Source: an uncultured virus (IMG/VR IMGVR_UViG_3300044612_002367) (lineage: Duplodnaviria; Heunggongvirae; Uroviricota; Caudoviricetes). Taken from it: 64,000 nucleotides of DNA. Under the pieces are notes generated by a model that saw only the letters and a list, made by a program, of their open reading frames with translations, searched no databases and had not been told where the DNA came from. The translations under genes and the position numbers were made by a program. The stretch lies in IMG/VR virus record IMGVR_UViG_3300044612_002367; one strand, written 5' to 3'. This document shows positions 42,494 through 51,827 of this stretch, piece after piece. The first letter of the stretch is position 1. Every line of letters starts with the position of its first letter.

Positions 42494-42892
42494 ATGGCAG
42501 CTAGCAAATATGATTTTACTATAGAACAAGGATCTTCTTTTAGATTAGCTTTAGTCTATAAGGATAAAAATAATAATATTGTTGATATAACAGATTGGTG
42601 TGCCAGATTAACTTGGACTACAGATAGTGGTGTTACTCAAATTTTTACCACAGAAAATAGTGACCCAACATTATATAGTTTTTCTATTGATGGTATAAAT
42701 GGAAAAATTACACTACTAATACCAGCAAATACCACCAACTCATTTGGATTCAACATGGCTAAATATGATTTAGAATTACAGTCTGACGATGATTTATATA
42801 CTGGTGGAGGTAAGCAAGTTATTAGAATATTGTACGGTACAGCATCTATACAAAAACGATTCAGTAGATCTTCTGATGCTTTCGAGTGTTAA
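42494..42892 (+). CDS. Virion structural protein (Ig-like/BppU-N-like)
   Basis: YDFTIEQGSSF..VDIT..YDLEL...ILYG pattern common in virion accessory proteins. Confidence 0.5.
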   Translation: MAASKYDFTIEQGSSFRLALVYKDKNNNIVDITDWCARLTWTTDSGVTQIFTTENSDPTLYSFSIDGINGKITLLIPANTTNSFGFNMAKYDLELQSDDDLYTGGGKQVIRILYGTASIQKRFSRSSDAFEC

Positions 42893-42893
42893 T

Positions 42894-43226
42894 ATGGACG
42901 ATTTTTTATTAGATATTCATAATAATGCATTCTATATACAAATTGAATTATCATCAACTAACTATATAGCTAACAACAATATTGTAGATGTCAATATCAA
43001 CAATAATGATATACTTTTGGTACTAGAGTCTTCAATAATAGATAGTATAAATAATTTAGAAGTTCAAAGATATAATGATTATAATTTAATACTTACCAAT
43101 ACGGTGTATGCTAATTTACCCGATGAAATTCCAATTTCTATTATTTCTGGAAATTTACCTGTTAATAGAGTGGATGGTTTGGATGAATATTTAGCAACTA
43201 TTCCTGTAGATGGTGGCACACCCTAA
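42894..43226 (+). CDS. Hypothetical virion protein ending VDGGTP
   Basis: In-frame ATG two bases after the previous stop. Confidence 0.6.
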   Translation: MDDFLLDIHNNAFYIQIELSSTNYIANNNIVDVNINNNDILLVLESSIIDSINNLEVQRYNDYNLILTNTVYANLPDEIPISIISGNLPVNRVDGLDEYLATIPVDGGTP

Positions 43227-43247
43227 TACTTTAAAAGGAAAATAATT

Positions 43248-44099
43248 ATGCCAGTCTTAAATAGAATTCAGATTCGTAGAGGCACAGCAGCGGCCGGATC
43301 ATCACAATGGACTAATGAGGTATTATTTTCTGGTGAATTTGGATACGAAACAGATACTGGTAAATTCAAAATAGGGGACGGTATTACTCAATGGAGTAGT
43401 TTATCATACGCTAGTATTCTGCCATCAGAACTTACAGAATTAGTTCAAGATATTATCGGAGCCAATGTAGTTGCTGGTAGTGGCATTAGTATAAGTTATA
43501 ATGATACAAGTGGTAATACAACCGTAAGTCTCAATGGAAGCACATCTGTTAAAGTTTCAGATATTACTGATTTAACAGCGTCGGCAGCAGAATTAAATAT
43601 TTTAGACGGCGCCACATTATCAACAGCAGAATTAAATATACTAACTGGTATCAAGTCATCTACGGCGGAATTAAATTATTTAAGTGGTATTACTGTCGGC
43701 TCAGGATCAGCATCAAAAGCTGTTATTTTAGATTCTAATAAGGATCTACAAGGTATTCGTAATCTAACATTAGATGGAGATCTAACTGTTAATGGTACAG
43801 CTACAACAGTAAATAGTGTTACTATGACTGTAGACGATAAAAATCTAGAGTTAGGAAGTGTAGCAAATCCTACGGATAGTTTGGCTGATGGTGGAGGTAT
43901 CACCTTAAAAGGATCAGATGATATAGAATGGAAATGGCTCAATGCTTCTCAGAGTTGGACCAGTAGCGAAAATATAAATCTAAACTCCGCCACGTTAGTA
44001 TATAAAATTAATAATACTACTGTATTAGGTAATTCTACAATAGGGGCTAGTGGATATTCTTTAGCTAGTGGTGTTATAGTTGATGGTGGAACACCATAA
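43248..44099 (+). CDS. Fibre protein with Mtd-N-like domain
   Basis: RIQIRRGTAA..W...VLFSGEFGYETDTGKFKIGDG; AELNIL repeats. Confidence 0.75.
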   Translation: MPVLNRIQIRRGTAAAGSSQWTNEVLFSGEFGYETDTGKFKIGDGITQWSSLSYASILPSELTELVQDIIGANVVAGSGISISYNDTSGNTTVSLNGSTSVKVSDITDLTASAAELNILDGATLSTAELNILTGIKSSTAELNYLSGITVGSGSASKAVILDSNKDLQGIRNLTLDGDLTVNGTATTVNSVTMTVDDKNLELGSVANPTDSLADGGGITLKGSDDIEWKWLNASQSWTSSENINLNSATLVYKINNTTVLGNSTIGASGYSLASGVIVDGGTP

Positions 44100-44120
44100 T
44101 GTTTATTCAGGATTTTATAT

Positions 44121-44600
44121 ATGCCAGCAAACAATGTGTTAACGCTCAGAAAAGGAACAGCTAGTCAGTGGTCAAGTACTAATCCGATATTATCGGCCGG
44201 AGAGATAGGATATGATAGTACTAATATTATGATAAAGATTGGGGATGGTATATCCACATGGAACCAATTGAGCTATATAAAGCACAATACTGCTGATATT
44301 ATAAATCTTAGTGAAAGCGTACAAGATGAAGTATCTAGTTTATTAGTAGCAGGAACTGGGATCGGTTTAAACTATAATGATAGTGGTAATACTTTGACAA
44401 TATCAACTACTAAAAATATAATATTATCTGATGTTGTTAGTAGTACTAACTATATCGGAATAGCACCAACAGGAACTTCAACAAGCTCATCTTCTTGGAA
44501 GATTAAAAGAACAATATATACATCGGGCGGCACTATTAGTAGTACCGGAAATGCTTTGAATGTTGCTTGGAATGATAGATTAACAGCTTCGTATTCATAA
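44121..44600 (+). CDS. Second Mtd-N-like fibre protein
   Basis: LRKGTASQWSSTNPILSAGEIGYD...KIGDG..WNQLSY. Confidence 0.75.
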   Translation: MPANNVLTLRKGTASQWSSTNPILSAGEIGYDSTNIMIKIGDGISTWNQLSYIKHNTADIINLSESVQDEVSSLLVAGTGIGLNYNDSGNTLTISTTKNIILSDVVSSTNYIGIAPTGTSTSSSSWKIKRTIYTSGGTISSTGNALNVAWNDRLTASYS

Positions 44601-44610
44601 GGAGAATATA

Positions 44611-44898
44611 ATGAATAGTTCTAGTCCAATTATTATTGATGATCAAGTTTATAATAAATTAACAGTAAATCTTGCTGTAACTACTAGCTATAATGCTAGT
44701 GGCGACAGAGATATGAGTATAGCTATGAGAGTTATTCCTACTAGAATAGATCCTATTAGCGGTCCACAAACTGCTGATAGTGCAGCATACACTGTGTATA
44801 GGGGTAGATTATCTGAATTGCAAAATCAGTCAGAACAAAATTGCGTATTAGCTATGACACAGGCTCTACAACAATTTATAAGTAGTAAGGGGTGGTAG
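44611..44898 (+). CDS. Hypothetical protein
   Basis: AAGGAG RBS; in the fibre operon. Confidence 0.7.
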   Translation: MNSSSPIIIDDQVYNKLTVNLAVTTSYNASGDRDMSIAMRVIPTRIDPISGPQTADSAAYTVYRGRLSELQNQSEQNCVLAMTQALQQFISSKGW

Positions 44899-44899
44899 T

Positions 44900-46054
44900 A
44901 TGGCTATTTATTATGCTAGAGCCACTGGAAACATAAATGGTGCTATTTGGGCTACTACGCCCAGTGGCGCTGCTAGCAATCTGTTTTCATCATTCACTTC
45001 GGCCGACACGCTCATGGCGAATAATTTCACTGTCACGATCAATGTCGATACTACGGTGCTTGAATTAAGAAGGGACACCGCTAATGGGGCTACTTCTGGT
45101 GGTATTTTTTCTCTTAGTGCTGGAATAACTTTAACGGCTAATATATTTGGCTCGCCCGGCGGAACTGCAACCGTCTCCTTCGGAGCCGCCGGCTCTGCCA
45201 ATATAGTTGGCTCTCTCACTGGCGGCACTGGCGATGGTGGGGCCGTTTCGAATGGCGGCGTAGGGACTTTGAACATTACCGGAAATGTGATTGGTGGTTC
45301 GGGAAATAATTCGCCGGGAGTGATTATGACCGGAGCCGGGGTCACTAACATTACCGGAAACATCACGGGAGGGTCATCCGGTGGGTGTACCGGTCTTGTA
45401 AATAGTTCTAGCGCAGGCACTGTTAATATCACCGGCACTGTAACGGGCGGTCCGTTTGCAACTACTTTTGGAGTATCAAATACTAGCACTGGAACTGTCG
45501 TGATTGTTGGAACGGCAATAGGCGGGACTACTGGCGCGGGCGTGAACAGCAGCGGCGCTGGTACTGTTACGGTGACGAGAGCAAGGGGCAACGGGTTTGG
45601 CAATGGTAGCGTGGGCTTATCTGCGACTGTTGGAGTTAATGCGGCTCAAAATAGTGCGACTAGAGTTTACGAAATTGAATACGGCGACCGGGGTATGTCG
45701 CCAACATCAGGGCCGATTATTTTATTAAATGATACAAGTAACGTTGCTTTATTCTATCGTACTTCTGGTGGTAAAAAAACCTTAATAGATAGTTCAGCAT
45801 CTGCTGGTCATCCAGCAATTACTAATGTTCGTAGCGGTATAGCATATGCTAATGGTAATTTAACAGGAACTTGTGCGGTGCCAGCGGCCGGGAGTGTTGC
45901 TCTGGGAGTTGCTGTTGATAATACTACTGGTACAGCAGTTTTAACACAAGCCGATGTTGAAACAGCCCTGGCTTCTTTTTCTTCTGGAAGATTAAGTAAT
46001 TGTTCAACGGTGGCTAGTGTTGGTCAACAGTTATCAGACGCTTTAAGCGGATAA
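44900..46054 (+). CDS. Gly/Thr-rich beta-helical fibre/spike-like protein
   Basis: Repeating GT(L/V)NITGN(V/I)xGG units. Confidence 0.65.
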   Translation: MAIYYARATGNINGAIWATTPSGAASNLFSSFTSADTLMANNFTVTINVDTTVLELRRDTANGATSGGIFSLSAGITLTANIFGSPGGTATVSFGAAGSANIVGSLTGGTGDGGAVSNGGVGTLNITGNVIGGSGNNSPGVIMTGAGVTNITGNITGGSSGGCTGLVNSSSAGTVNITGTVTGGPFATTFGVSNTSTGTVVIVGTAIGGTTGAGVNSSGAGTVTVTRARGNGFGNGSVGLSATVGVNAAQNSATRVYEIEYGDRGMSPTSGPIILLNDTSNVALFYRTSGGKKTLIDSSASAGHPAITNVRSGIAYANGNLTGTCAVPAAGSVALGVAVDNTTGTAVLTQADVETALASFSSGRLSNCSTVASVGQQLSDALSG

Positions 46055-46099
46055 ATAGTGTATACTATATTATTAATATATTTATAGAAAGGCCATATT

Positions 46100-46624
46100 A
46101 TGAGTTGGCAGAATGAATTGACCACTATTGTTAGAACACTTATTAACGATTTAGATGAACCATACGATTATTCTGATACTAGAATACAACAGGTTCTAGC
46201 TGTAGCCGCTAAATATGTTCAATTTGATGTTAATTTAGATCATAGTTATCAGGTAGATGTTGTTAATAGTAATATAAGCCCAGATCCTACCGCTGATAGT
46301 GATGAAACTTTTATAAGTATGGTTTGCCTCAAGGCTGCTTGTATTATTGATCAGGGTACTTTTAGAACGAAAGCAGCATTAGAGGGCATTAGAACAGCTT
46401 TAGGCCCAGCATCTATTGGTTTTGCAGGAACACTATCTGGGTGGTCTGCTATTATTGAGCATGGTGCTTGTGGCTTATATGAAGAATTAACAAGTCATTG
46501 GGATGTTAAAAATGCTACTGCTATTAGGGCTATTCTTAGTCCGTTTGTTGGTAATAAATTTGATCCAAGATATTTACTTAGAGGATCAATTAGAGATAGA
46601 ACAAACAATGATTTTTATGGATAA
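46100..46624 (+). CDS. Putative head-tail adaptor
   Basis: VRTLINDL...YSDTRI N-terminus typical of adaptors; position. Confidence 0.5.
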   Translation: MSWQNELTTIVRTLINDLDEPYDYSDTRIQQVLAVAAKYVQFDVNLDHSYQVDVVNSNISPDPTADSDETFISMVCLKAACIIDQGTFRTKAALEGIRTALGPASIGFAGTLSGWSAIIEHGACGLYEELTSHWDVKNATAIRAILSPFVGNKFDPRYLLRGSIRDRTNNDFYG

Positions 46625-46629
46625 ATAAA

Positions 46630-47136
46630 ATGGATTACCCACTCTATAAAAAATTGTTCAATCAGCAGATGGATGCTTTTTTAGCCTCATCCGGTTTGAC
46701 CACTGAATGTGTGCTAAATTATGGAGTTAAAAACGTTACCGAATGCCCCAACTGCATCTACGACTCTGCTTTAAAAAAATCAGCCAATATATACAAAAGC
46801 GGTGGACCCATATCCTTTGAAGATTACCAAATATGTCCATATTGTAGAGGTGCTGGACTATATGGATCTCAACAAACTGAAAATATATACTTAGCAGTTT
46901 TATGGGATTATAAGTCTTGGCTTATAAAACCGATTAATTTAGAGAATCCCACGGGGTATATTCAAACTATATGTTCTAAAAATTATACTACTAAAATTTT
47001 ACAAGCTCAAGATATGTTTATACCTAGTGTTAATTCTCCTGATTCTCCAGCTTTTATTTTAGACGGAGAGCCAACACCAGCCGGTTTAGGTGATCAAAAT
47101 TATATTATCTCTCAATGGAAAAAAACTAGAAAGTAA
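46630..47136 (+). CDS. Putative head-closure/neck protein with CxxC pairs
   Basis: CPNC and CPYCRGAG; position. Confidence 0.45.
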   Translation: MDYPLYKKLFNQQMDAFLASSGLTTECVLNYGVKNVTECPNCIYDSALKKSANIYKSGGPISFEDYQICPYCRGAGLYGSQQTENIYLAVLWDYKSWLIKPINLENPTGYIQTICSKNYTTKILQAQDMFIPSVNSPDSPAFILDGEPTPAGLGDQNYIISQWKKTRK

Positions 47137-47141
47137 AACAC

Positions 47142-48848
47142 ATGATTATAGAAATTAATAAACAATTAGTAATGTTTACATATTTAGGCTCTAGTCAAGC
47201 TATTAATACTTCAGAGATTAAAGATAATATACAAGCTATATATGCTATTAATGGTAGTGGTTTGGGTTTTGTTTCTTTTAATCCTAATTCTTCTTTTAAT
47301 TCTCTCAATACTTTAGAAAATAATAATGGTTATTTAATACAAAGCAAAGTTGACAGAATACCTTGGAATCTTATGTATGACAGTGCAACCACCTCAGAAC
47401 CAATAAACACTACGACAACCACAACCGTACCAGTATCGACTACTACTATGGTACCAACAACAGCTAGTCCAACATCAACTACAGTTGAGCCAACAACAGC
47501 AGCTCCAACAACAGCAGCGCCAACAACAACTGTTGAGCCAACCACAACTGTTGAGCCAACAACGGCTAGTCCAACAACAACAACTGTTGAGCCAACAACA
47601 GCAGCGCCAACAACAACTGTTGAGCCAACCACAACTGTTGAGCCAACAACGGCTAGTCCAACAACAACAACTGTTGAGCCAACAACAGCAGCGCCAACAA
47701 CAACTGTTGAGCCAACCACAACTGTTGAGCCAACAACGGCTAGTCCAACAACAACAACTGTTGAGCCAACAACAGCAGCGCCAACCACAACTGTTGAGCC
47801 AACAACAGCAGCGCCAACAACAACTGTTGAGCCAACAACAACAGCGCCAACAACAACTGTTGAGCCAACCACAACTGTTGAGCCAACAACGGCTAGTCCA
47901 ACAACAGCAGCGCCAACCACAACTGTTGAGCCAACAACGACTAGTCCAACAACAACAACAGCAGCGCCAACCACAACAGGAGCGCCATATTCTTTGTATG
48001 CCACTCGAAGTAATACAAATCCATCAACGGTAACAGCTAGTACAGTAGGTAATGGATCAGCCGGGGCCTCCGGTAATTTTGCCAACTATGGTGGAACAGC
48101 AAATTGGAACGGCGTTCTTGGTAATATAACCACAGTGGGTACTAATGGATCAGCTAGTTATTTTGGCACTTTTGATCAATCTGGCAACATATGGGAGTGG
48201 AATGATAGTACTATTCAGTCTATATATAAGAGTATGAGAGGAGGAGCATATAATACTACTACGCAACAAATATCAGATTTGAGTGCTGTATCTCGTAAAT
48301 TTATATCTCCAAATACAGCAGCTATTAATTATGGATTTAGAATATGTTGTCAATATCCAGTACCAAGCAATAATACATTAATAGAGTTCGTACCAATACT
48401 ATCTGCAAATAATACTGCTGATACTACTGGATTTGGAGGCGTATCATATGACTATTGTATTTCTAAGTATCTAATCACCAACGAACAGTATGCAGAATTC
48501 CTATCAGCTGTTGCTGAAACAGATACCTATGGATTATATTTATTGAATATGTCATCTAACCCAAGAGGTGGTATCAACAGCAATTATACTGTCAAAAACA
48601 ATATGAGTAATAAACCAGTAAACTATATTTCTTGGTTTAGAGCAGCAAGATTTGTTAACTGGTTACACAACTCTATGCCTTCTGGTTCTCAAACATCAAA
48701 CACAACAGAAGGCGGAGCATATACACTTAATGGTGCTACCAGTGGTGTAGACTTTATTAAAAATCCACTAGCTAAGTATTGGATACCATCAGATGATGAA
48801 TGGTATAAAGCTGCTTTCTATTCGTTGGTAATAACAACAGGGTTATAG
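47142..48848 (+). CDS. Virion protein: Thr/Pro mucin-like stalk plus FGE-sulfatase (C-type lectin fold) domain
   Basis: ~190 aa of PTTAAPTTTVE repeats; GTFDQSGNIWEW, RGGAY, GFR, ITNEQYAEFL, PVNYISWF and IPSDDEWYKAA motifs. Confidence 0.85.
   Translation: MIIEINKQLVMFTYLGSSQAINTSEIKDNIQAIYAINGSGLGFVSFNPNSSFNSLNTLENNNGYLIQSKVDRIPWNLMYDSATTSEPINTTTTTTVPVSTTTMVPTTASPTSTTVEPTTAAPTTAAPTTTVEPTTTVEPTTASPTTTTVEPTTAAPTTTVEPTTTVEPTTASPTTTTVEPTTAAPTTTVEPTTTVEPTTASPTTTTVEPTTAAPTTTVEPTTAAPTTTVEPTTTAPTTTVEPTTTVEPTTASPTTAAPTTTVEPTTTSPTTTTAAPTTTGAPYSLYATRSNTNPSTVTASTVGNGSAGASGNFANYGGTANWNGVLGNITTVGTNGSASYFGTFDQSGNIWEWNDSTIQSIYKSMRGGAYNTTTQQISDLSAVSRKFISPNTAAINYGFRICCQYPVPSNNTLIEFVPILSANNTADTTGFGGVSYDYCISKYLITNEQYAEFLSAVAETDTYGLYLLNMSSNPRGGINSNYTVKNNMSNKPVNYISWFRAARFVNWLHNSMPSGSQTSNTTEGGAYTLNGATSGVDFIKNPLAKYWIPSDDEWYKAAFYSLVITTGL
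47465..47985 (+). repeat. Coding tandem repeats
   Basis: Units actgttgagccaacaaca, gcagcgccaacaaca and gctagtccaacaaca, with higher-order repetition. Confidence 0.95.
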
Positions 48849-48855
48849 AATAAAA

Positions 48856-49491
48856 ATGGGCATTAGTATAAAAATTTTAGAGTCTAATAAAGAGATAGAA
48901 AAAGCTATCAGCGTAGCTTTGCTGCCTCAAATTGATAAATTTATGACCAGGGTAGTAAATACTATAAAATCTAATATCTTTATTCTTATTAACAATGCTA
49001 TTATTAGTCAACCAGAATATGAATCTTTAACTAGTGGTACTCTTAGAGCCGAACTCGGCATACCAGATGCTTCAATAAGAATACAACAAATAATTGATAG
49101 GTGGATAAGCAGTGCTATCGTTCAATATAAACCACCCAGAATAGTAGGCAATAAAATTAAAACCAGCTTATCTGTTAAAATTATTAAAGTTGATTTTTCT
49201 GATGTATTATCTATGGAAGAAAGTCAAATTAAAACAGATTTAGGCCAAGTTTTACCATGGTTGCAATGGTTGCTTTTAGAAGGCACATCTACTATAATTA
49301 AAGATTATGAGGTTGTATTTGGTCCTAATCCCAGATCAAGAACAGGATACGCAATCATGCAAGGCTCATCCGATAGTTGGGGTGTTCCACCAGAATACTC
49401 AGGCACTCTGGAAAATAACTGGATAACAAGAGCCATAGATTTTGCAAAATCAGACATTCAAAAACTATTAGAACAGGCACTATCACAATGA
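48856..49491 (+). CDS. Putative neck/tail-completion protein
   Basis: LPWLQWLLLEG..SRTG..IM; position. Confidence 0.45.
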   Translation: MGISIKILESNKEIEKAISVALLPQIDKFMTRVVNTIKSNIFILINNAIISQPEYESLTSGTLRAELGIPDASIRIQQIIDRWISSAIVQYKPPRIVGNKIKTSLSVKIIKVDFSDVLSMEESQIKTDLGQVLPWLQWLLLEGTSTIIKDYEVVFGPNPRSRTGYAIMQGSSDSWGVPPEYSGTLENNWITRAIDFAKSDIQKLLEQALSQ

Positions 49492-50429
49492 ATAATATTT
49501 GTCAGCCGAGTCTAAGATTTAAAAATGTTCATCATATAACAGAAGATCTTTTATTAAATAATATTGAAATTAATCTTAAAATGTTTTTAGATTGGGCTTT
49601 TTTAAATATAGGTGGTTGGTTTGATGTAAATATTAATGAAAGTAATCTACAAAATAATAATTATGATAAATTAATTTTAGTAAATGATCGAGCCTATGCA
49701 AATGGAAAAGTATGGGAAGGCATAAGAAAAGACTGGGTTTGGGAAACAGCTTCTTGTAATAGTAGATCCCCTAATGGTGTATCGGTTTCTATAAACAATA
49801 GCACAATATCTTCTGCTAATTATAGTATTAATTATCCTCTTGGTAGAATAATTTTTAATAATCCACAATCCCAAACCTCTGTTGTTAAGTGTTCTTATAG
49901 TTATAGATATGTACAAGTTTATAGGGCTAATGATAGTGACTGGTTTAGCTTAATACAATATTCTGGACCTTCGACTACCAGCAATATAAATAAGCTTGCT
50001 AATGGCAATTGGAGCATTGGTAAACAACATATTATTCAATTGCCAATGATTGTTGTTGAAGCTTTACCAAAATCACGATCTCGTCCTCATGAAATCGGTA
50101 GCGGTGGATTAATTATTGAACAAGATTTTGCTTTTCATATTTTTGCTGACAATAAAAATGATCGCAATAAAATTATTGATATTTTAAGACTACAACAAGA
50201 TCTCATAATATGGCTATTTGATACTAATGCTATAATGAAAGATAATAAATATCCATTAAATTATGATGGCTCTCTTAAAACTAATCCATTAAATTATCCT
50301 GATATAATTGATCAATATAAATGGAAACAGTGTTGGATGAGAAACATCAGTGTTTTTGATGTAGAATCAGTAGATCCTGCTATGCATAGAGGAATAGTTA
50401 GAATGACAGCTGAAATAATTTATACCTAA
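49488..50429 (+). CDS. Putative tail terminator-like protein
   Basis: Directly before the tail tube gene; QLPMIVVE..QDFAFHIFA..RNKIID pattern. Confidence 0.45.
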   Translation: MNNICQPSLRFKNVHHITEDLLLNNIEINLKMFLDWAFLNIGGWFDVNINESNLQNNNYDKLILVNDRAYANGKVWEGIRKDWVWETASCNSRSPNGVSVSINNSTISSANYSINYPLGRIIFNNPQSQTSVVKCSYSYRYVQVYRANDSDWFSLIQYSGPSTTSNINKLANGNWSIGKQHIIQLPMIVVEALPKSRSRPHEIGSGGLIIEQDFAFHIFADNKNDRNKIIDILRLQQDLIIWLFDTNAIMKDNKYPLNYDGSLKTNPLNYPDIIDQYKWKQCWMRNISVFDVESVDPAMHRGIVRMTAEIIYT

Positions 50430-50517
50430 TTTTTAGACTTTTGTGTATATTATACTAGTACTTTATAGGGCTGAATACGCAAACCTTATTTAACCAAGCC
50501 AAGACCGGAGATAAAAA

Positions 50518-51774
50518 ATGTCAAATAAACGTATTTACTATGCAATTCAACAAGTCACTTTCGGACCATCAACTGGTCAAACAGAAGCTCATGGTCTTCA
50601 GACTGTTGGTATTACAACCAATTTTAATCTAGAACAAGTTTTCGAAATGGGTCAACTAGCCATTTATCAAAATATCGAAGGTATCCCAGAAATCGAAGTT
50701 ACCCTTAATAAAGTACTCGATGGATATCCACTACTATATGCACTAGCTACAGAAACAGGTTCTGATATTGCTAATACAGGTTTAACAGCCACATCTCCGG
50801 ACCTTCCTGGCCGTCAAAATGCTAGAACAGATCTTAGACTTTCTATTTATCCTGATTCTGGCGTAAGTGCTGATGGTAATCCTGTAGCAAAAGGTGTTGT
50901 AACATGCAAAGGTATGTATGTATCTAGTGTTAGTTATACATTTCCTGTTGATGGAAACTTTACTGAAGATGTTACACTAGTAGGCAATGATAAGATTTGG
51001 GCCGATGAGGGATCAACCGGTCAGTTTGACGGCAATGACGATGTTCCTGCTGCTGCTAGTGGCGTTAATCGTAGACAGCATCTAAGTATGCCCGAGTGTC
51101 GTTTTCCAACAGAAATTCCAGGAATTAGCACTCAGGGCGTAAATGCTGGCGCTGGTGCTGGTAATGGTTTTAGTACCCATTTCCAAAATATTTCTGTTAG
51201 TGTTGATCTTGGTCGTGAAGCTATTCAAGAACTAGGATCATTTGCTCCTTATCATCGTTATGTAACATTCCCAGTTTCTGTAACATCAGAATTTACAGTA
51301 CTAGCTACTACCGGAGATGGTATTAACGCTACAGAAAGTGGTTACTATACATCATCAACAATCGGTGGCACAGCAACTGTTGCTACTGGTAGTGAAAGTT
51401 CTTGTACTCCAAGATTTAATCTTAGAGATCAAAAGATTTTTCTACAAACCTGTGAAGGTACAAAGATTTATCTTGGCACTAAAAATAAACTTACCTCTGT
51501 GAACTACAGCGGTGGTGATACTGGTGGTGGCAACGTTAATGTAACATATAGTTATCAGACATTTAATGACTTTGTTGTAGCCCACGATGCTGCTAATTTT
51601 TATGATAATCTTACCGACAGTGGATATTCCGCAGCAGCTCCTACTACAGCAGCTCCTACTACAGCAGCTCCTACTACAGCAGCTCCTGGCGGTCAGAGCG
51701 TAAGCAGAGCCGTACCAGTAGAAATTAAAGCTGGTGAAGTAAAAGTTGTTGGAGCAGAACCAAAGAAAGCCTGA
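50518..51774 (+). CDS. Major tail (tube) protein
   Basis: Own promoter and GGAG RBS, MCP-like codon bias, QTVGITTNFNLEQVFEMG; C-terminal (PTTAA)x3. Confidence 0.65.
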   Translation: MSNKRIYYAIQQVTFGPSTGQTEAHGLQTVGITTNFNLEQVFEMGQLAIYQNIEGIPEIEVTLNKVLDGYPLLYALATETGSDIANTGLTATSPDLPGRQNARTDLRLSIYPDSGVSADGNPVAKGVVTCKGMYVSSVSYTFPVDGNFTEDVTLVGNDKIWADEGSTGQFDGNDDVPAAASGVNRRQHLSMPECRFPTEIPGISTQGVNAGAGAGNGFSTHFQNISVSVDLGREAIQELGSFAPYHRYVTFPVSVTSEFTVLATTGDGINATESGYYTSSTIGGTATVATGSESSCTPRFNLRDQKIFLQTCEGTKIYLGTKNKLTSVNYSGGDTGGGNVNVTYSYQTFNDFVVAHDAANFYDNLTDSGYSAAAPTTAAPTTAAPTTAAPGGQSVSRAVPVEIKAGEVKVVGAEPKKA

Positions 51775-51827
51775 TCTGTTTCAATAATAAGTATTGTTAA
51801 TATCGAGATTATGGATCGTGGACTATT

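Noticed and set aside
47330..48085. Val-rich minus ORF and Gln-rich plus ORF (47485-48033)
   Set aside because: Alternate-frame shadows of the Thr/Pro tandem repeat.
47142..48848. Diversity-generating retroelement targeting the FGE/Mtd-like genes
   Set aside because: No reverse transcriptase and no second copy (template repeat) of the GFR-proximal region seen in this window.
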